Of a DNA stretch of 64,000 nucleotides, positions 25,200 through 38,821 are shown piece after piece. Every line of letters begins with the position of its first letter. Within the stretch, counting starts at the first letter, position 1. A model generated the notes under the pieces. That model saw only the letters and a list, made by a program, of their open reading frames with translations. It had not been told where the DNA came from and did not search any database. The translations under genes and the position numbers were made by a program. Source of the stretch: Squalus acanthias (lineage: Eukaryota); contig CM059431.1 of the NCBI GenBank assembly GCA_030390025.1, positions 98,766,001-98,830,000 of the forward strand. The letters run 5' to 3'.

Positions 25200-26097
25200 A
25201 ACAACAACAAGTATTTATATAGCGCCTTTAATGTAGTAAAGCATCCCAAGGCGCTGCACAGGAGTATTTTAAAACAAAAAATTTGACACCGATCCACATA
25301 AGGATAAATTAGGGCAGGTGACCAAAAGCTTGGTCAAAGAGACAGGTTTTAAGGAGCATCTTTAAGGAGGAAAGATAGGTAGCGAGGCGGAGAGGTTTAG
25401 GCAGGGAGATCCAGAGCTTAGGGCCTAGGCAACAGAAGGCAAAGGTTGAGCGATTATAATCAGGGATCCTCAAGGGGTCGGAATTAGAGGAGCGCAGAGA
25501 TCTCGGGGGGTTGTGGGGCTGGAGGAGATTACAGAGATAGGAAGGGGCGACGCCATGGAAGGATTTAAAAACAAGGATGAGAATTTTGAAATCGAGGCGC
25601 TGCTTAACTGGGAGCCAATGTAGGCCAGCGAGCACAGGGGTGATGGGCGAACGGGACTTGGTGCGGGTTAGGACACGGGCAGCCGAGTTTTGGATGACCT
25701 CAAGTTTACGTAGGGTGGAATGTGGGAGGCCAGCCAGGAGTGCGTTGGAATAGTCAAGTCTAAAGGTAACAAAGGCATAGATGAGGGTTTCAGCAGCAGA
25801 TGAGCTGAGGCAAGGGCAGAGACGGGCGATGTTATGGAGGTGGATGTAGGCGGTCTTTGTTATGCTGCGGATATGTGGTCGGAAGCTCATTTCAGGGTCA
25901 AATATGACACCAAGGTTGCGAACAGTGTGGTTCGGCCTCAGACAGATGTTAAGGAGAGGGAGGGAGTCAGTGGCTAGGGAACGGAGTTTGTGGTGGGGAC
26001 CGAAAACAATGGCTTCGGTTTTCCCAATATTTAATTGGAGAAAATTTTTGCTCATCCAGAACTGTATGTCGGACAAGCAGTCTGACAATTTAGAGAC
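25200..26097 (-). mobile_element. L2 LINE 3' fragment
   Basis: ORF 25309-26088 (WMSKNFLQLNIGKTE, RNLGVIFD, LDYSNALLAG); (TTG)n tail near 25200. Confidence 0.92.
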
Positions 26098-26412
26098 CTG
26101 TCAAATAAACTGCAGTTTAAAATGGCCCCAGCATTACAACATTCTAGCCCTGATTTTCTGGCCCGTGCTCCCTGTAAGTATGAATCCCCGCTGGGAGCTT
26201 GAGATCGCAAATTTACCGCAAATTTGCCTTCAGTAAGTTTCCCTATTCAGAGTTAAGTAGGTAGGACAAGCTGTCATGAAAAATGAGACATTTACATATT
26301 AAAAGGAATTCGGTCTGGATTATAGCTATAGTCACAGAACCACTACCACAAGTTATATACACAAGATAGAGGTCCTCCCCAGGAGGCAGTTGTTAGTTTC
26401 AGAAAACATCAC

Positions 26413-27116
26413 AGGGTAAAAATTCGGTTGCTTTGCGCCTCCCGTTAGTGCCCTAAGAGGGCGTTAAGCAACTAGCGCCTGGGCGCGGTGCCGCCCACGC
26501 CTCCCGCGAAATTCAGCAGCAGGTTAACGGCGGCGCTAACCAGTAGCGCCCCGTGGCGCTCTGCCACCGGTGATGACGTCATCGCCGTGCGCAGCGCCCC
26601 GGCCGCGATCTTCGGGAGCGCCCCCTGACTTACCGCCGGATGCTATGTCCGACGGGGTCAGGGGGATCTACCTGCGGCCAGGAAGACGCAATTCAAAGGC
26701 AAGGTGCGGGGCGGCCATTTTTGTTGCTGGCCGCCTGCAGCACCTGCCTGCGCTCCCGTCCCCAGCCTCCTGAACGGCTCCCCCCGCGGAGTGCCGGCTG
26801 CACTCCAAGAGCCCGGCACTTCTCTTGAGTGCCAGGCTCTTTTGCCGGCACTCTCGATCCCCGGGGGCCCAGCTGGGCCCCGGGTCGCGCTGCGCAAGGC
26901 CCCTCCCCTTTAAGAAGCGGAGGAAGGCCTGCAATACGTGCTGCATGTCGCACCGCGATATTCCCTCGCAGCGCCCCAAGAGGGTTGCGGGGTGCTACTA
27001 CTCAATTTCCAGCGCGGGGGCGCTAATTTTTCCGGGGCGCTAAAAGTACACACTCACACTCACACTCACACTCACACTCACACTCACACTCACACTCACA
27101 CTCAATTTTTAGCACC
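26413..27116. mobile_element. Related GC-rich MITE
   Basis: Left end aaaattcggttg..gcgcctcccgttag shared with the two MITE copies above; different interior; right boundary approximate. Confidence 0.65.
27049..27103. repeat. (CACACT)n microsatellite
   Basis: ~9 perfect hexamer copies. Confidence 0.95.
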
Positions 27117-27802
27117 ACATTTTTAATCACAATATCCAGGGTTTGTTTAGCTGTAGGAAAAAGCGTATTTGCCCCAGGTTCTCCCAGACACAGGCCTGGA
27201 TTTTTCCTCTGCCCCAAATTGTGTGGGATACTGGTGGTGTGGCCTACCACCGCGCTCCCATCCCAGCCAGGAAAGCCGCTGACTGCCCCGTCCCGCCTAC
27301 CACATGCAAATTACTGCAGGGAGGTGGTGACCAGCAAGCCAGCTGATTTCCTTTTTTGCTGCCGCTGATACCACCAACCCAAGGACCGCCAGGATAGGTG
27401 TACCCTGGGGTAGCAGTGGCAAGCCCCCTACTTCACTGGTTAAAGGGGAGAGGGCCTAGTCATTGCCTCCTCTCGCTCCCCAAAACCCGACTAGTTGAAG
27501 GCCTCGGTCCAATCCGAGGCCATTAGTAAATATACAATGTGCATTTCAGGGCTCTTCCAGCCTTTTAATTGTGTCTGCCACCTCTTCTGATGCTTCAACG
27601 GATGTCCCACCCTGCCCTAAAGACCATAGTCTAAAATCCATGGAAACACGATGTCCTGGTCAAGTTGGGGGAGGGGGACTTTGCAATTAAATTGATTGTA
27701 TAAATAGGAATTTGGAACCAATCTATTTTTGGCACGTCTAAAACACAATACGTACTACGGATTAGAAGATATCCTCTATAGGCTGTACAAAAGCAAACAT
27801 TA

Positions 27803-27967
<165 letters not shown>

Positions 27968-28321
27968 TCACAGTAATCGCTTACGTCCCAGATAAATGAA
28001 GACACTCGGTCAATGATTTCAGTGATAGAATCAGAATTTTACAGCACAGAAGGAGACCCACCATCCCATCGTGCCTGTGCTGTCTCGCCACATGTCCTTT
28101 CTCAATACCCTTGAAAATTTTTCTTTTTCAAATATTTACCCACTTTCCTTTTAAAAGTTATTATGGTTTCTGCTTCCAACGCTCTTTCTAGTAGGACATT
28201 CCAAGTCCTAACAGACCACTGTGTAAAAAAAAAAGTTCTGCTGGTGCTGATCTTAAAATAAGGCTAAAATGTTATTTCGGATTTCCAGCATCCGCAGTAT
28301 TTTGCTATCGTATTAAAATAA

Positions 28322-28497
28322 TGCTCTCCAGTTACTGGTTCACTAACCAGTGCTCCCCAGTTACTGGTTCACTAACCAGTGCTCTCCAGTTACTGGCTCA
28401 CTAACCAGTGCTCTCCAGTTACTGGTTCACTAACCAGTGCTCTCCAGTTACTGGTTCACTAACCAGTGCTCTCCAGTTACTGGTTCACTAACCAGTG
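28322..28497. repeat. 29-bp tandem repeat x6
   Basis: tgctctccagttactggttcactaaccag, near-perfect copies. Confidence 0.95.
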
Positions 28498-28584
28498 TAA
28501 ATAGTTTTACCGGACTTACCACATCAAAACCCCATATAATTTTGACCACCTCTATCAGAGCTGCTAATAACCTTCCATTAATAA

Positions 28585-29425
28585 AAGCCCTAACTAAAGA
28601 AGCTAAGGATAGTACTAGATTAAAAAAAGAGGCTTATAATGTTGCGAAGAATAGCAGTAAGCCTGAAGAGTGGGAGAGCTTTATAAATCAGCAAAAGATG
28701 ACCAAAAAATTGATAGAAAGGGAGAAAATATGTGAGAATAAACTAACAAGAAATATAAAAACAGATCGTAAGAACTTCTACAAGTATGTAAAAAGGAAGA
28801 GAATAGCAAAAGTAAGTGTTGGTTCTTTAGAGGCTGAGACAGGAGAAATTATAATGGGGAATAAGGAAATGGCTGAGACTTTAAACAAATATTTTGTATC
28901 GGTCTTCACAGTAGATGACACAAAACGCATACCAAAAATAGTGAGGAACTAAGGGGCTAATGAGATTGAGGAACTTAAAGTAATTAAGATCAGTAGAGAA
29001 AAAGTACTTGAGAAACTAATGGGTCTAAAAGCCGACAAATCCCCTGGACCTGATGGCCTACATCCTAGGGTCCTAAAAGAGGTGGCTGGAGAGATAGTGG
29101 ATGCATTGGTTGTGATCTTCCAAAATTCCCTAGATTCTAGAATAGTCCCAACGGATTGGAAGGTAGCAAATGTAACCCCGCTATTCAAAAAAGGAGGGAG
29201 AGAGAAAACAGGGAACTACAGGCCAGTTAGCCTGACATCAGTCGTCGGGAAAATGCTGAAATCCATTATTAAGGAAGTGGTAACAGAGCACTTAGAAAAT
29301 CATAATATAATTTAGCCAGAATCGACAGGGTTTATGAGAGGGAAATTGTGTTTAACAAATTTATTCGAGTTTTATTGAGGATGTAACTAGCAGGGTAGGT
29401 AAAGGGGAACAAGTGGATGTAGTAC
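28585..29425 (+). mobile_element. CR1 ORF2 internal fragment
   Basis: KNFYKYVK, LNKYFVSVFT, KSPGPDGLHPRVLKE, GNYRPVSLTS. Confidence 0.9.
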
Positions 29426-30705
29426 AAAAGCAAAATATGATGAAAGATCATCAACCTGAAACATTAACTCTGTTTCTCTCTCCACTAATGCTGCTGCGTG
29501 ACCTGCTGAGTATTCCCAGCATTTTCTGTTTTTAACTCAGATACTCAGTGTGTGCCTGAATTTGTAATATACAGTAGTAGCATGCTTCTTCTTGGGAGTG
29601 TAAATTTGGAATCTATGGGTTACATCAACTTTAAAAATGAACATTTTCATTTTGGAATAAAATGCATTTGTAAGCGCTTGTTTAAATTTAGTTGACAGAG
29701 ATGGAAAGAACTCTTGTTTTCCTACTATAAAAACTAGGTATTTGGCCTTCCACACAAGTAATATGAATCATGTTCGTCAGCCTTTATTTTCTACGGGTCT
29801 CTCTTTCTCACTCATGCAAGCACAGGAGTCACCCGGGTATGATTAAATCATTGATTTACTAAACTAAACAGATGGTTTAATTGAGGCAAGATCAACACTG
29901 CCAGCAAGAACAAACAGTCACATTCATAAAACTGACATATGCTTACAAAAGCAAAAGTCACAAATATGATAAAAATATCTACATTATCTGACTTGTATAC
30001 ATAAATTAAAACAAGTAAACTAAATTATGGCTAATGAATCCTGACCAAAGGTTTTTCTTTCAATTTCAAACATTAATACTTTGCCTTACTGTTTCTGTCA
30101 CGGTTAACAGCATGAACACAGTCCTTTGGACAACAGTAACTTCTTTCAAAGGATTAAAGAGAGGCTAATCACAGTACCCTTTACCTAAAATATTAGCTGA
30201 GCAGACAATCCCGCCAAGTTAGGACCTGGGTTTTTAAATAGTGAAGATCAAGAAATATAAAACTTAACAGAAGATTAAAATAATATGCATATTCACTTCT
30301 TTTCCAAGTCCTCCATGTAACTCAAAGGCTCTGCTCAAATAAACATGTCTAAATTCTTAAATTTTATTCAAAACCTCTCTCCAAACTTGACTAATGGTAA
30401 CGTCCTTCCAGCGCTTGCACACTCATATTAATTCCTTTTCTGTTGACTGCTTTTGAATGATCTTTTAGAGGCACTTATACAAAACAAATGCAGCTGCTCC
30501 AGCTGTATAATATATTACAAAGTACACAAATTACATTTCACTTGTTACATAGGCATGGAAGCCTAAAAATATAAATCAGGAGGGAGACAATATGACGAAA
30601 ATCCAACTCCAGGACAGAAAACAAAAACTCAACAGCAAGTTCTCGGAAGGAAAAACATGTTAGATGGATTTCTGAGAGGACATGGGCAATTTTATGTGTA
30701 TCTAA

Positions 30706-31131
30706 AAGAAAGAACTTGCATTTATAGAGCATCTTTCATGACCTCATGACGTCCCAAGAGCTTTATAGCCAATAAAATACCTATGAAGTGTAGTCACTGT
30801 TGTAATGTGGGGAAACGCGGCAACCAATTTGTGCACAACAAGGTCCCATAAACAGCAATGAGATAATGACCAGATAATCTGTTTTTAGGGATTGGCTGAG
30901 AGATAAATATTGGCCAGGACACCGGGGATAACTCTTCTTCGAATAGTGGCCATGGGATATTTTACACCCACCTGAGAGGGCAGACGGGGCCTCGGTTCAA
31001 CGTCTCATCCGAAAGACGGCACCTCCGCCAGTGCAGGCTGGATTATGGGGCTCAAGTCTCTGGAGTGGGGCTTCAACCCACGACCTTCTGACTCAGAGGC
31101 GAGAATGCTACCCACTGAGCCATGGCTGACA
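30706..31131 (-). mobile_element. Deu-domain SINE copy
   Basis: Colinear with 51-427, with full tail. Confidence 0.82.
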
Positions 31132-31164
31132 TCTTAAATCTATGTTTGTTAGGTTCTAAATCTG

Positions 31165-31317
31165 GGGGGTAATATTAACTTATCCCACGCGGAGGGAAAC
31201 TGATGGTATTGGACTGGCCCCCGTTTTACACCCTGCCTGATTTTACTTCCCATTGAGTGGGCGGCCAATCGAATGCCGTCAGTTTCCCACCAGGCGGGTC
31301 AGGTTAAAATGACCTTC
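31165..31317. mobile_element. Old ~150-bp hairpin MITE
   Basis: Imperfect palindrome (gggaaactgatggtatt / aatgccgtcagtttccc); similar short elements at ~38222-38351 and ~47388-47540. Confidence 0.5.
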
Positions 31318-31644
31318 CTTATCTTTGGTACTACATCCCTCAGTTACTGACAAAACAGGTTCGACAGGTGAAAGCATTTTAAAAAGTATTTGAAGTCATT
31401 TGATTAGTTTCTTTCTCCTCCTTGCTAAATATTTTATTGGTAGCCATTTGATGACTGCTGACTCTCGCGTGGTAGTTCTCTACTTGTTTACGGTGGATTG
31501 AAATTAGTTCTTTTAAAATGAATTGTACGTGAGACAGTCAAGTACAAAGTGTGACTTACATTTTGCATCTGCGACACTCAACCTGACAGATGCATATTTG
31601 ATGCAAAATTTAATTTTATACGTAAATGTAACCTCTGCAAATAC

Positions 31645-31763
31645 CTGTTTTTCAGTTGCTGTTGAAAACTTGCCAATCAGAGGATTTGTGATGGTTATGA
31701 TGTACTTCAATGTCCTTATCTGGTTACCATTCACTTCTTTCTCCCATGGACCACTGACAATAT
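31645..31763 (-). CDS. GRAMD1C: GRAMD1C coding exon (VASt domain)
   Basis: ctctag|DIVSGPWEKEVNGNQIRTLKYIITITNPLIGKFSTATEKQ|gtattt; 119 nt, phase 1/0. Confidence 0.96.
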
Positions 31764-32332
31764 CTAGAGAAACAGAAATTTTTCTTTCACATTAAAAGTC
31801 AATGAGCTACCATTCTATTTTTTAAAAATCTACTCATATAATTTTACAAATACTGAAAAATCTCAAATTTAAATTTGAACACCAACCAGAACACTTTAGT
31901 CTTTCTTGTCGTGGGAAACACATATAAAAAGAAAGAACTTGCATTTATTTAACGCCTTACACGACCTCAGGACGTCCCAAAGCACTTTACAGACAATGAA
32001 GTACTTTTTAAAAAAAAGAGTGTAGTCACTGTTGTAATGTAGGAATAAACACATCTAACTCCATCTGCAATGTGCAGTTTTCAAGAAGAAAAAAGAACCT
32101 AAAAGCACCAGACTCTCAAACAGGATAGAAAAAAGAATTGAGGAGAGAAAGACTCACATTTATATCACACCTTTCACATCCTCAGAATATTCCAAAGCAC
32201 TTCACAGCCAAATGAATTATCTCTGATTTATTGTTGTTCTGTAAACGCAGCAGTCAATTTGCGCAAACTGCAGCGAGATGAATGATCAGGTAACCAATAT
32301 TTCCTGAATATTGCACACAATATAAAGTAAAT

Positions 32333-33211
32333 GGGGGGGAAAATTCGGTTGGTTTGCGCCTCCCGTTAGCGCCTTAAGAGGGCGTTAATGGGGCGCAAAG
32401 CAACTAGCGCCTGGGTGCGGCGATGTTTGCGTCGCTCGCGAAATTGACCAGACATTTTGCGGCGGCACTAAACACTACCGCCACGATCTCCTGCGCCGGC
32501 AGATCGTGACGTCAGTCGAGCGTGCAACGCCCCGGTAGCGCCCCGGACCGGATATTGAGTGGCGCCCCCTGCCGCTAGCAACGACAGGTTGAGGGGAGCG
32601 TTTTGCAGTCGGGAAGGGACTGGGGGAGTGCTATTTAAAGGCGACCGCTTCCTGCCTTTTTTTGTTGCCGACATTTTTGCACCACGCATTCTGAGTGAGA
32701 CAGAGCGACTTATGGAGATAGTCAACGCTGTGTTGAGGAGTTTTGGGTACTGAGCAGCACTTTGCAGGTTCATTTTGATTTGATCTTCCTTGCATCGATT
32801 TAGAAGAGACTCTGGGGGCTGCACTCTGAGCTCTTTCCCTGGGCCTCTCCATTGTTCTTTCCAGCAGATTTGATGTACAGGTCTCTCCAGGCCGAGATTC
32901 AAGGCTGCAATGAGCAGGGTGTGGATGGAGAGCAAGAGCGACCCTCCCCTTTAAGAACTGACCGGCGCCAGTGTGTCTGTGTTCCATTGCTGACTGACAT
33001 CACATGAGCTTCGCCAGCGCTGAGGTAGCGCCTCGCTCCTCGGCGTTAGAGCCTTAAGAGAGGTGTGTAGTGCCTGATTTAGCGCTCCAATCACCTCCAG
33101 GGGCGATAGAAGCCAAGTTTGCAGTCGGAGGCGATAATTAGCGCCAGGCGCTAAACTTTGCGCCCGGCCGATAAATGCGCCCCAAACGGGGCGATACCAA
33201 ATTACTCCCCC
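32333..33211. mobile_element. GC-rich MITE (Harbinger-like), copy 2
   Basis: Colinear and highly similar to 20946-21839; flanked by aat/aat. Confidence 0.88.
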
Positions 33212-33908
33212 AATGGTACATTTTGAAAGGAGGTGCAGAAACAGAGAGACCAGGGGGTTCACATACACAAAGTTGACAAGTTGAGAAGGCTGTTAAAAAA
33301 GCAGACGGGATCCTTGGCTTTAGGCATAGAAGCAAGAAAGTTATGCTAAATCTTTATAAATCACTGGTCAGGTCTCAGCTGGAGCAGTGTGTCAATTCTG
33401 GGCACCACACTATAGGAAGGATGTCAAGGCGTTGGAGGGGGTGCAGAGGAGACTTTCTAGAATGGGGAACTTCAGTTACGTGGAGAGACTGGAGAAACTG
33501 GGATTGTTCTCCTTGGAGCAGAGAAGGTTAAGAGGAAATTTAATAGAAGTGTTCAAAACCATGAAAAGTTTTGATAGAGTAGGTAAGCAGAAACTGCTTC
33601 CACTGGCAGGAGGGTCGGTAACCAGAGGACACAGATTTAAGGTAATTGGCAAAAGAACCAGAGGGGAATGGAGGGGAAGTTTTTTAATGCAGCGAGTTCT
33701 TATAATCTGGAATGAACTGCCTGAAAGGGGGAAGGCGATTCAATCTTTCAAAAAGTAATTGGATAAAAACTCGAAGGGGCAAAATTTGCAGGGCTATGGG
33801 GAAAGAGCAGGAGCATGGGACTAATTGGATAGCTCTTTCAAAGAGCTGGCACAGGCATGATAGGCTGAATGATATAGAATCATAGAATGGCTTCCTTCTG
33901 TGCTGTAA
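33212..33908 (+). mobile_element. CR1 LINE 3' fragment (older)
   Basis: QFWAPHYRKDV, LFSLEQRRLRG, TRGH motifs. Confidence 0.85.
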
Positions 33909-33909
33909 C

Positions 33910-35812
33910 AACTTTTATAGCGCCTTTAACGTAATAAAACGTCCCAAGGCGCTTCACAGGAGTGTTAGCAAAAAACAAAATTTGACACCGAGCCATTTAA
34001 GGAGATGTTAGGGCAGATGACCTTGGTCGAAGAGGTAGGTTTTAAGGAGCGTCTTAAAGGAGGAAAGGGAAGTGGAGAGGCGGAGAGGTTTAAGGAGGGA
34101 ATTCCAGAGCTCAGGACCGAGGCAGCTGAAGGCACGACCGCCAACGGTCATAGAGTCATTACGGCACAGACGGAGGCCATTCGGCCCATCGAGTCCATGA
34201 CAGCTCTCTGTAGAGCAATCCAGTCAGGCCCATTCCCCTGCTCTATCCCCATAGCCCTGCAAGTTTATTTCCCTCAAGAGCCTATCCAATTTCCTTTTGA
34301 AATCATTGATCATCTCCGCTTCCACCACCCTCGTCGGCAGCGAGTTCCAGGTCATCACCACTCGCTGCGTAAAAAAGTTCTTCCTCACATCCCCCTTGTA
34401 TCTCTTGCCCAAAACCTTAAATCTGTGTCCCCTAGTCCTTGTACCATCAGCTAATGGGAACAGCCTTTCTCTGTCTACCTTATCCAAACCTGTCATAATC
34501 TTGTACACCTCTATCAAATCACCCCTCAACCTCCTTTGCTCCAAGGAGAACAATCCCAGCTTCTCCAACCTAACCTTGTAGCTAAAATCCCTTATCCCTG
34601 GAACCATTCTGGTAAATCTCCTCTGCATCCTCTCAAGGACCTTCACATCCTTCCTAAAATGTGGTGACCAGAACTGGACGCAATACTCTAGTTGTGGCCT
34701 AACCAGAGCCTTATAAAGGTTCAGCATAACTTCCCTGCTTTTGTACTCAATACCTCTATTTATGAAGCCCAAGATCCCATATGCTTTGCTAACTAGTCTC
34801 TCAATATTTCCTGCCACCTTCAAAGATCTATGCACATGAACCCCCAGGTCCCTCTGTCCCTGCAACTCTTTAGAACTGTGCCATTAAATCTATATTGCCT
34901 CTCCCTATCCCTTCTGCCAAAATGCATCACACTTCTCTGTATTAAATTCCATCTGCCACTTGTCTGCCCATTCTGCTAGCCTTTCTATGTCCTGTTGCAG
35001 TCGATTGGTAGCCTCCTCACTGTTTGCCACACCTCCAAGTTTGGTATCAACGGCAAATTTTTAAATTTTACTCTGTATTCCAATATCCAAGTCATTTATA
35101 TATATCAAAAAAGCAGTGGCCCCAGCACTGACCCTTGGGGAACATAACTGTCCACCATCCTCCAGTCTGAAAAACAACCATTTACCACAACTTGCTGTTT
35201 TCTGTCCTGAAGCCAATTTCTTATCCAAGCTGACACTGACCCTCCTATTCCATGAGCCTCAATTTTGTTAACCAGCCTTTTTATGGTACTTTGTCAAAAG
35301 CTTTCTTAAAATCCATGTAGACAACATCCACTGCATTCCGTTCATCAGCCTTCTCTTACTTCATCAAAAAATTCAATTAGATTAGTCAAACACGATCTGC
35401 CTTTTTTGCAAATCCGTGCTGGCTCTCCTTAGTTAACTTAAACCTCTCCAAGTGCCAAATGGTGGAGCATTTAAAATTGGGGACGTTCAAAAGGCCAGAA
35501 TAGGCGGAGCGCAGAGGTCCCGGGGGATTATAGGGCTGGAGGAGATTACAGAGATAAGGAGGGGCGAGGCCATGGAGGGATTTGAAAACGAGGATGAGAA
35601 TTTTAAAATCGAGGCATTGCTTAACCGGGAGCCAATGTAGGTCAGCGAGCACAGGGGCGACAGAGTTTTGGATTACCTCAAGTTTACGGAGGGTAGAATG
35701 TGGGAGGCCGGCCAGAAGTGCATTGGAATAGTCAAATCTAGAGGTGACAAAGGCATGGATGAGGGTTTCAGCAGCAGATAAATTGAGATAAGGGCAGAGC
35801 TGGGTGATGAAC
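33910..35812 (-). mobile_element. L2 fragment split by a CR1 insertion
   Basis: L2 at 33910-34147 and 35453-35812; junctions gccaacggt / gccaaatggt. Confidence 0.8.
34148..35452 (-). mobile_element. CR1 LINE 3' fragment nested in L2
   Basis: ORF 34224-34865 (RDLGV, LVRPQLEYCVQFWSP, RNFFTQRVV-type motifs). Confidence 0.9.
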
Positions 35813-36272
35813 ATATATAAATGAACATATATGTTTGAAACCTTGCACTACTGCATGACAGTATGAATTATTCCAGTCTTGCCATGGTTACATTTTGCTA
35901 TAATGGAAATTTACTGTAGATGGGTGAGATTCTGTTAAGGTGGCCAGCATGTTGCAATACTGCTATGCATGTTTCCTAGAATACTGAAGTGGTAGTTTGT
36001 TAAAGCTGCAATGTGTCTGTGTGTATATCTGATAATAGCCTGATGTCCTTATTCAACTATGTTTCAGATGTGTGCAAAGGGGATGTACAATCTTTGTGTA
36101 TGGTGAGACAGGGAATGACACCCCTGCTAGAGTAAAGTTAGAGCAAAGCTAGTTCAGCATAAATGTAGGTAGTGTAGCCACTGACTGTTAGAACAGAACA
36201 GACTCAAAAAGAGAACTACTATACTTCTGTTCCCGCTTAATGAAGAACGTCATTTCCATATTTAATTAATTA

Positions 36273-36431
<159 letters not shown>

Positions 36432-36855
36432 TCACATTAAATTCACTTAAGAATTATCCAACGGAAAAGTTTTTTAAAATCTACTGTATAAAAAGTAGTT
36501 TATATAGTGTACCATACTATATTTTAGTTATATTAAAAGTCTTACATATAGTGCACATTTCCTTTAAGTATAGCACTTAATTCTTGTAATACTTCTGGCA
36601 TAACAATAAACTTACTCATTCATTTTATTTACTTCCAACTACTCCAGGCAGCCCAGTAGGTGGCACTATTGGCCACTTCCCCTCAAACCTGTTCTCCAAG
36701 GTAGGTGGTGCCTTTCCCTGCTTACCTCAGACCTCCCAACACCACCTTCAAGCAAACTGGTGCCATGGCCAGGAACATTGCTTTACTTCGAGCGGAGGTG
36801 GGAGCCTGGTAAAAGTCCTCCCATGTTAACTGGACCCTGGCTCGCTGGGTAAATC

Positions 36856-37172
36856 CACCGGCAGAAGGGTCGAGAACCAGAGGACACAGATTTAAGGTGA
36901 TTGGCAGAAGAACCAAAGGCGACATGAGGAAAAGCTTTTTTACTCAGCGAGTGGTTAGGATCTGGAATGCACTGCCTGAAAGGGTGGTGGAGGCAGACTC
37001 AATCACAGCTTTCAAAAGGGAATTGGATACGTATCTGAAGGAAAGAAATTTGCAGGGCTACTGGGAAAGGGCGGGGGAGTGGGACTAGCTGAAGTGCTCT
37101 TGCAGAGAGCCGGCACGGGCTCGACGGGCCGAATGGCCTTCTTCCGTGCTGTAATCATTCTATGGTTCTATC
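36856..37172 (+). mobile_element. CR1 3' end
   Basis: FFTQRVVRIWNALP and CR1 tail. Confidence 0.85.
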
Positions 37173-37620
37173 CCCTATTTAAATGGCAAGCAACAAATGG
37201 CAAATAGCACAGACTTTTCCAGCTGACTATTGGAAATGTCCTTTAGTATTTTAAAAGCTTAATGGAGGGGAAGGATTCTCCTTCGCCCATCTTTCTACCT
37301 GTCCTGAATGCTCTTCTCTTCCTCTCAGCCCCCCCCCCCCCACCACCACTGTCCAGCAACCCATGCTGGATGTAAACGTGTGGAAATCAGATGAGGACAG
37401 CATTGGGTTTGACTGGCTGCCCTCTGCAGTGAATAGCTTGCTAGCACACTATCGAGGTTCACACATACAAATAATTGCCACCTGGGCAAGGTACTGGATG
37501 AAGGAAATACAGTTGAACCCGTAGATTTGAAAAACTGAAGCCCAATAGAAAATTAAGAATCAACATTCCCTTTTCTCCCCCCATTGTGTTTTAAATCAAT
37601 CCCCGATACATTTTTCATAC

Positions 37621-37792
37621 CTTCATCAGCCACACTGGATGTGTCTGTCCTTTCTGTGGGAAGATCTTCATTGCCATTATGGTCTAAAGAAGATGAAGCT
37701 GACTTGGTGCCAACTCTGTTGTTTTTCCTTTCAGAGGTAGCAAGGGGATGGCTTCTTTCCTGATTCTCAGCACTGACTTCTTCTCTGGGAGA
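37621..37792 (-). CDS. GRAMD1C: GRAMD1C coding exon (linker)
   Basis: ttcag|SPREEVSAENQERSHPLATSERKNNRVGTKSASSSLDHNGNEDLPTERTDTSSVADE|gtatg; 172 nt, phase 0/1; SLD.NGNE..P motif typical of the GRAMD1 family. Confidence 0.9.
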
Positions 37793-38821
37793 CTGAACAG
37801 AGATTTAATGCTCTTTAGCAGCACAAAAACTCTCATTGACTGCCAATAAATCCCTTTGAATGAATAATTTGAATTAAGACATAATCATGCAAACAAGCTT
37901 CGATATCCAATCATTGATTCAGCCCATTTCCAGAAGACTGTAGCTTTACCCTCCTAAATGGAACAGGCTACAGAGAGCCAATTGGTGATGACGGTGAAAG
38001 TGACGAGAACGTTTTTAGCAAATAAAAACTTTTTTTTAAACTTAGAGAAAAGTGTTCTATGTGACTGAAACTGTAAAAGGAGTCTCAACTATGTTGAGTA
38101 AGAAAACAAGTTAAATCAAGACAAGGCAATTCATGGGCTTTCCCTTGTGTGCAAGAAAGAAAAGGAGAATAAGACTGAAATGGTACAAGGCCGTGGATAT
38201 AGCAGAGTGGGGAAAGACTACGGGAGGTGACTTTCAACTGTTGGCCATCCATTTGTAGGCTGAGAAACAGGCAGCTAGCAATTGAAAAGTCGGGAGGATG
38301 GGCACAGGGCCTCCTGATGTCGGCTCTGACGGAAGTTGAAAATCCCCCTCCACTCTTACCTGTTGACACAGAGAGTACATTTCTTCAGGCACAGCGACGG
38401 AGAAATTCAACTCATGCTTGTTGATCTTGTGCCCGAAAAACTGCTGGCCAGGAGTTGATAATTGGGTAATTGGTGGTGGTGGGGGGGGGGGTGGCAGACG
38501 GTGGTGCGGTGAAGAAACCTGGGACGCCTCATTGACACCCAAACCTTGACTGATGCCATATTCAGGTGGGGCCTGTTCGTGCGCAAGCAGCCTGTAGCAC
38601 GCTGTTTTACAATGCAAATCTGGATCCTACACTGGATGTAGGAGCCCAATGCTAAATTCAGGTACAATTGGGTGGAGCTTGTGCAGTTCAAACTCCGCCC
38701 TGTTGTAGCAGGTCTTGAGCAGCCTAACCATTGGTCCTGAAAGGACACCACTCAAAAAATGGCCACAAAACTATTGCAAGTTTTTATTTTGCAAAGTTAG
38801 ATTTTTGTAGAGCCAGCAAGA

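Noticed and set aside
28322-28497. CRISPR-like 29-bp palindromic repeats
   Set aside because: Head-to-tail copies with no spacers, no cas genes, and a vertebrate context
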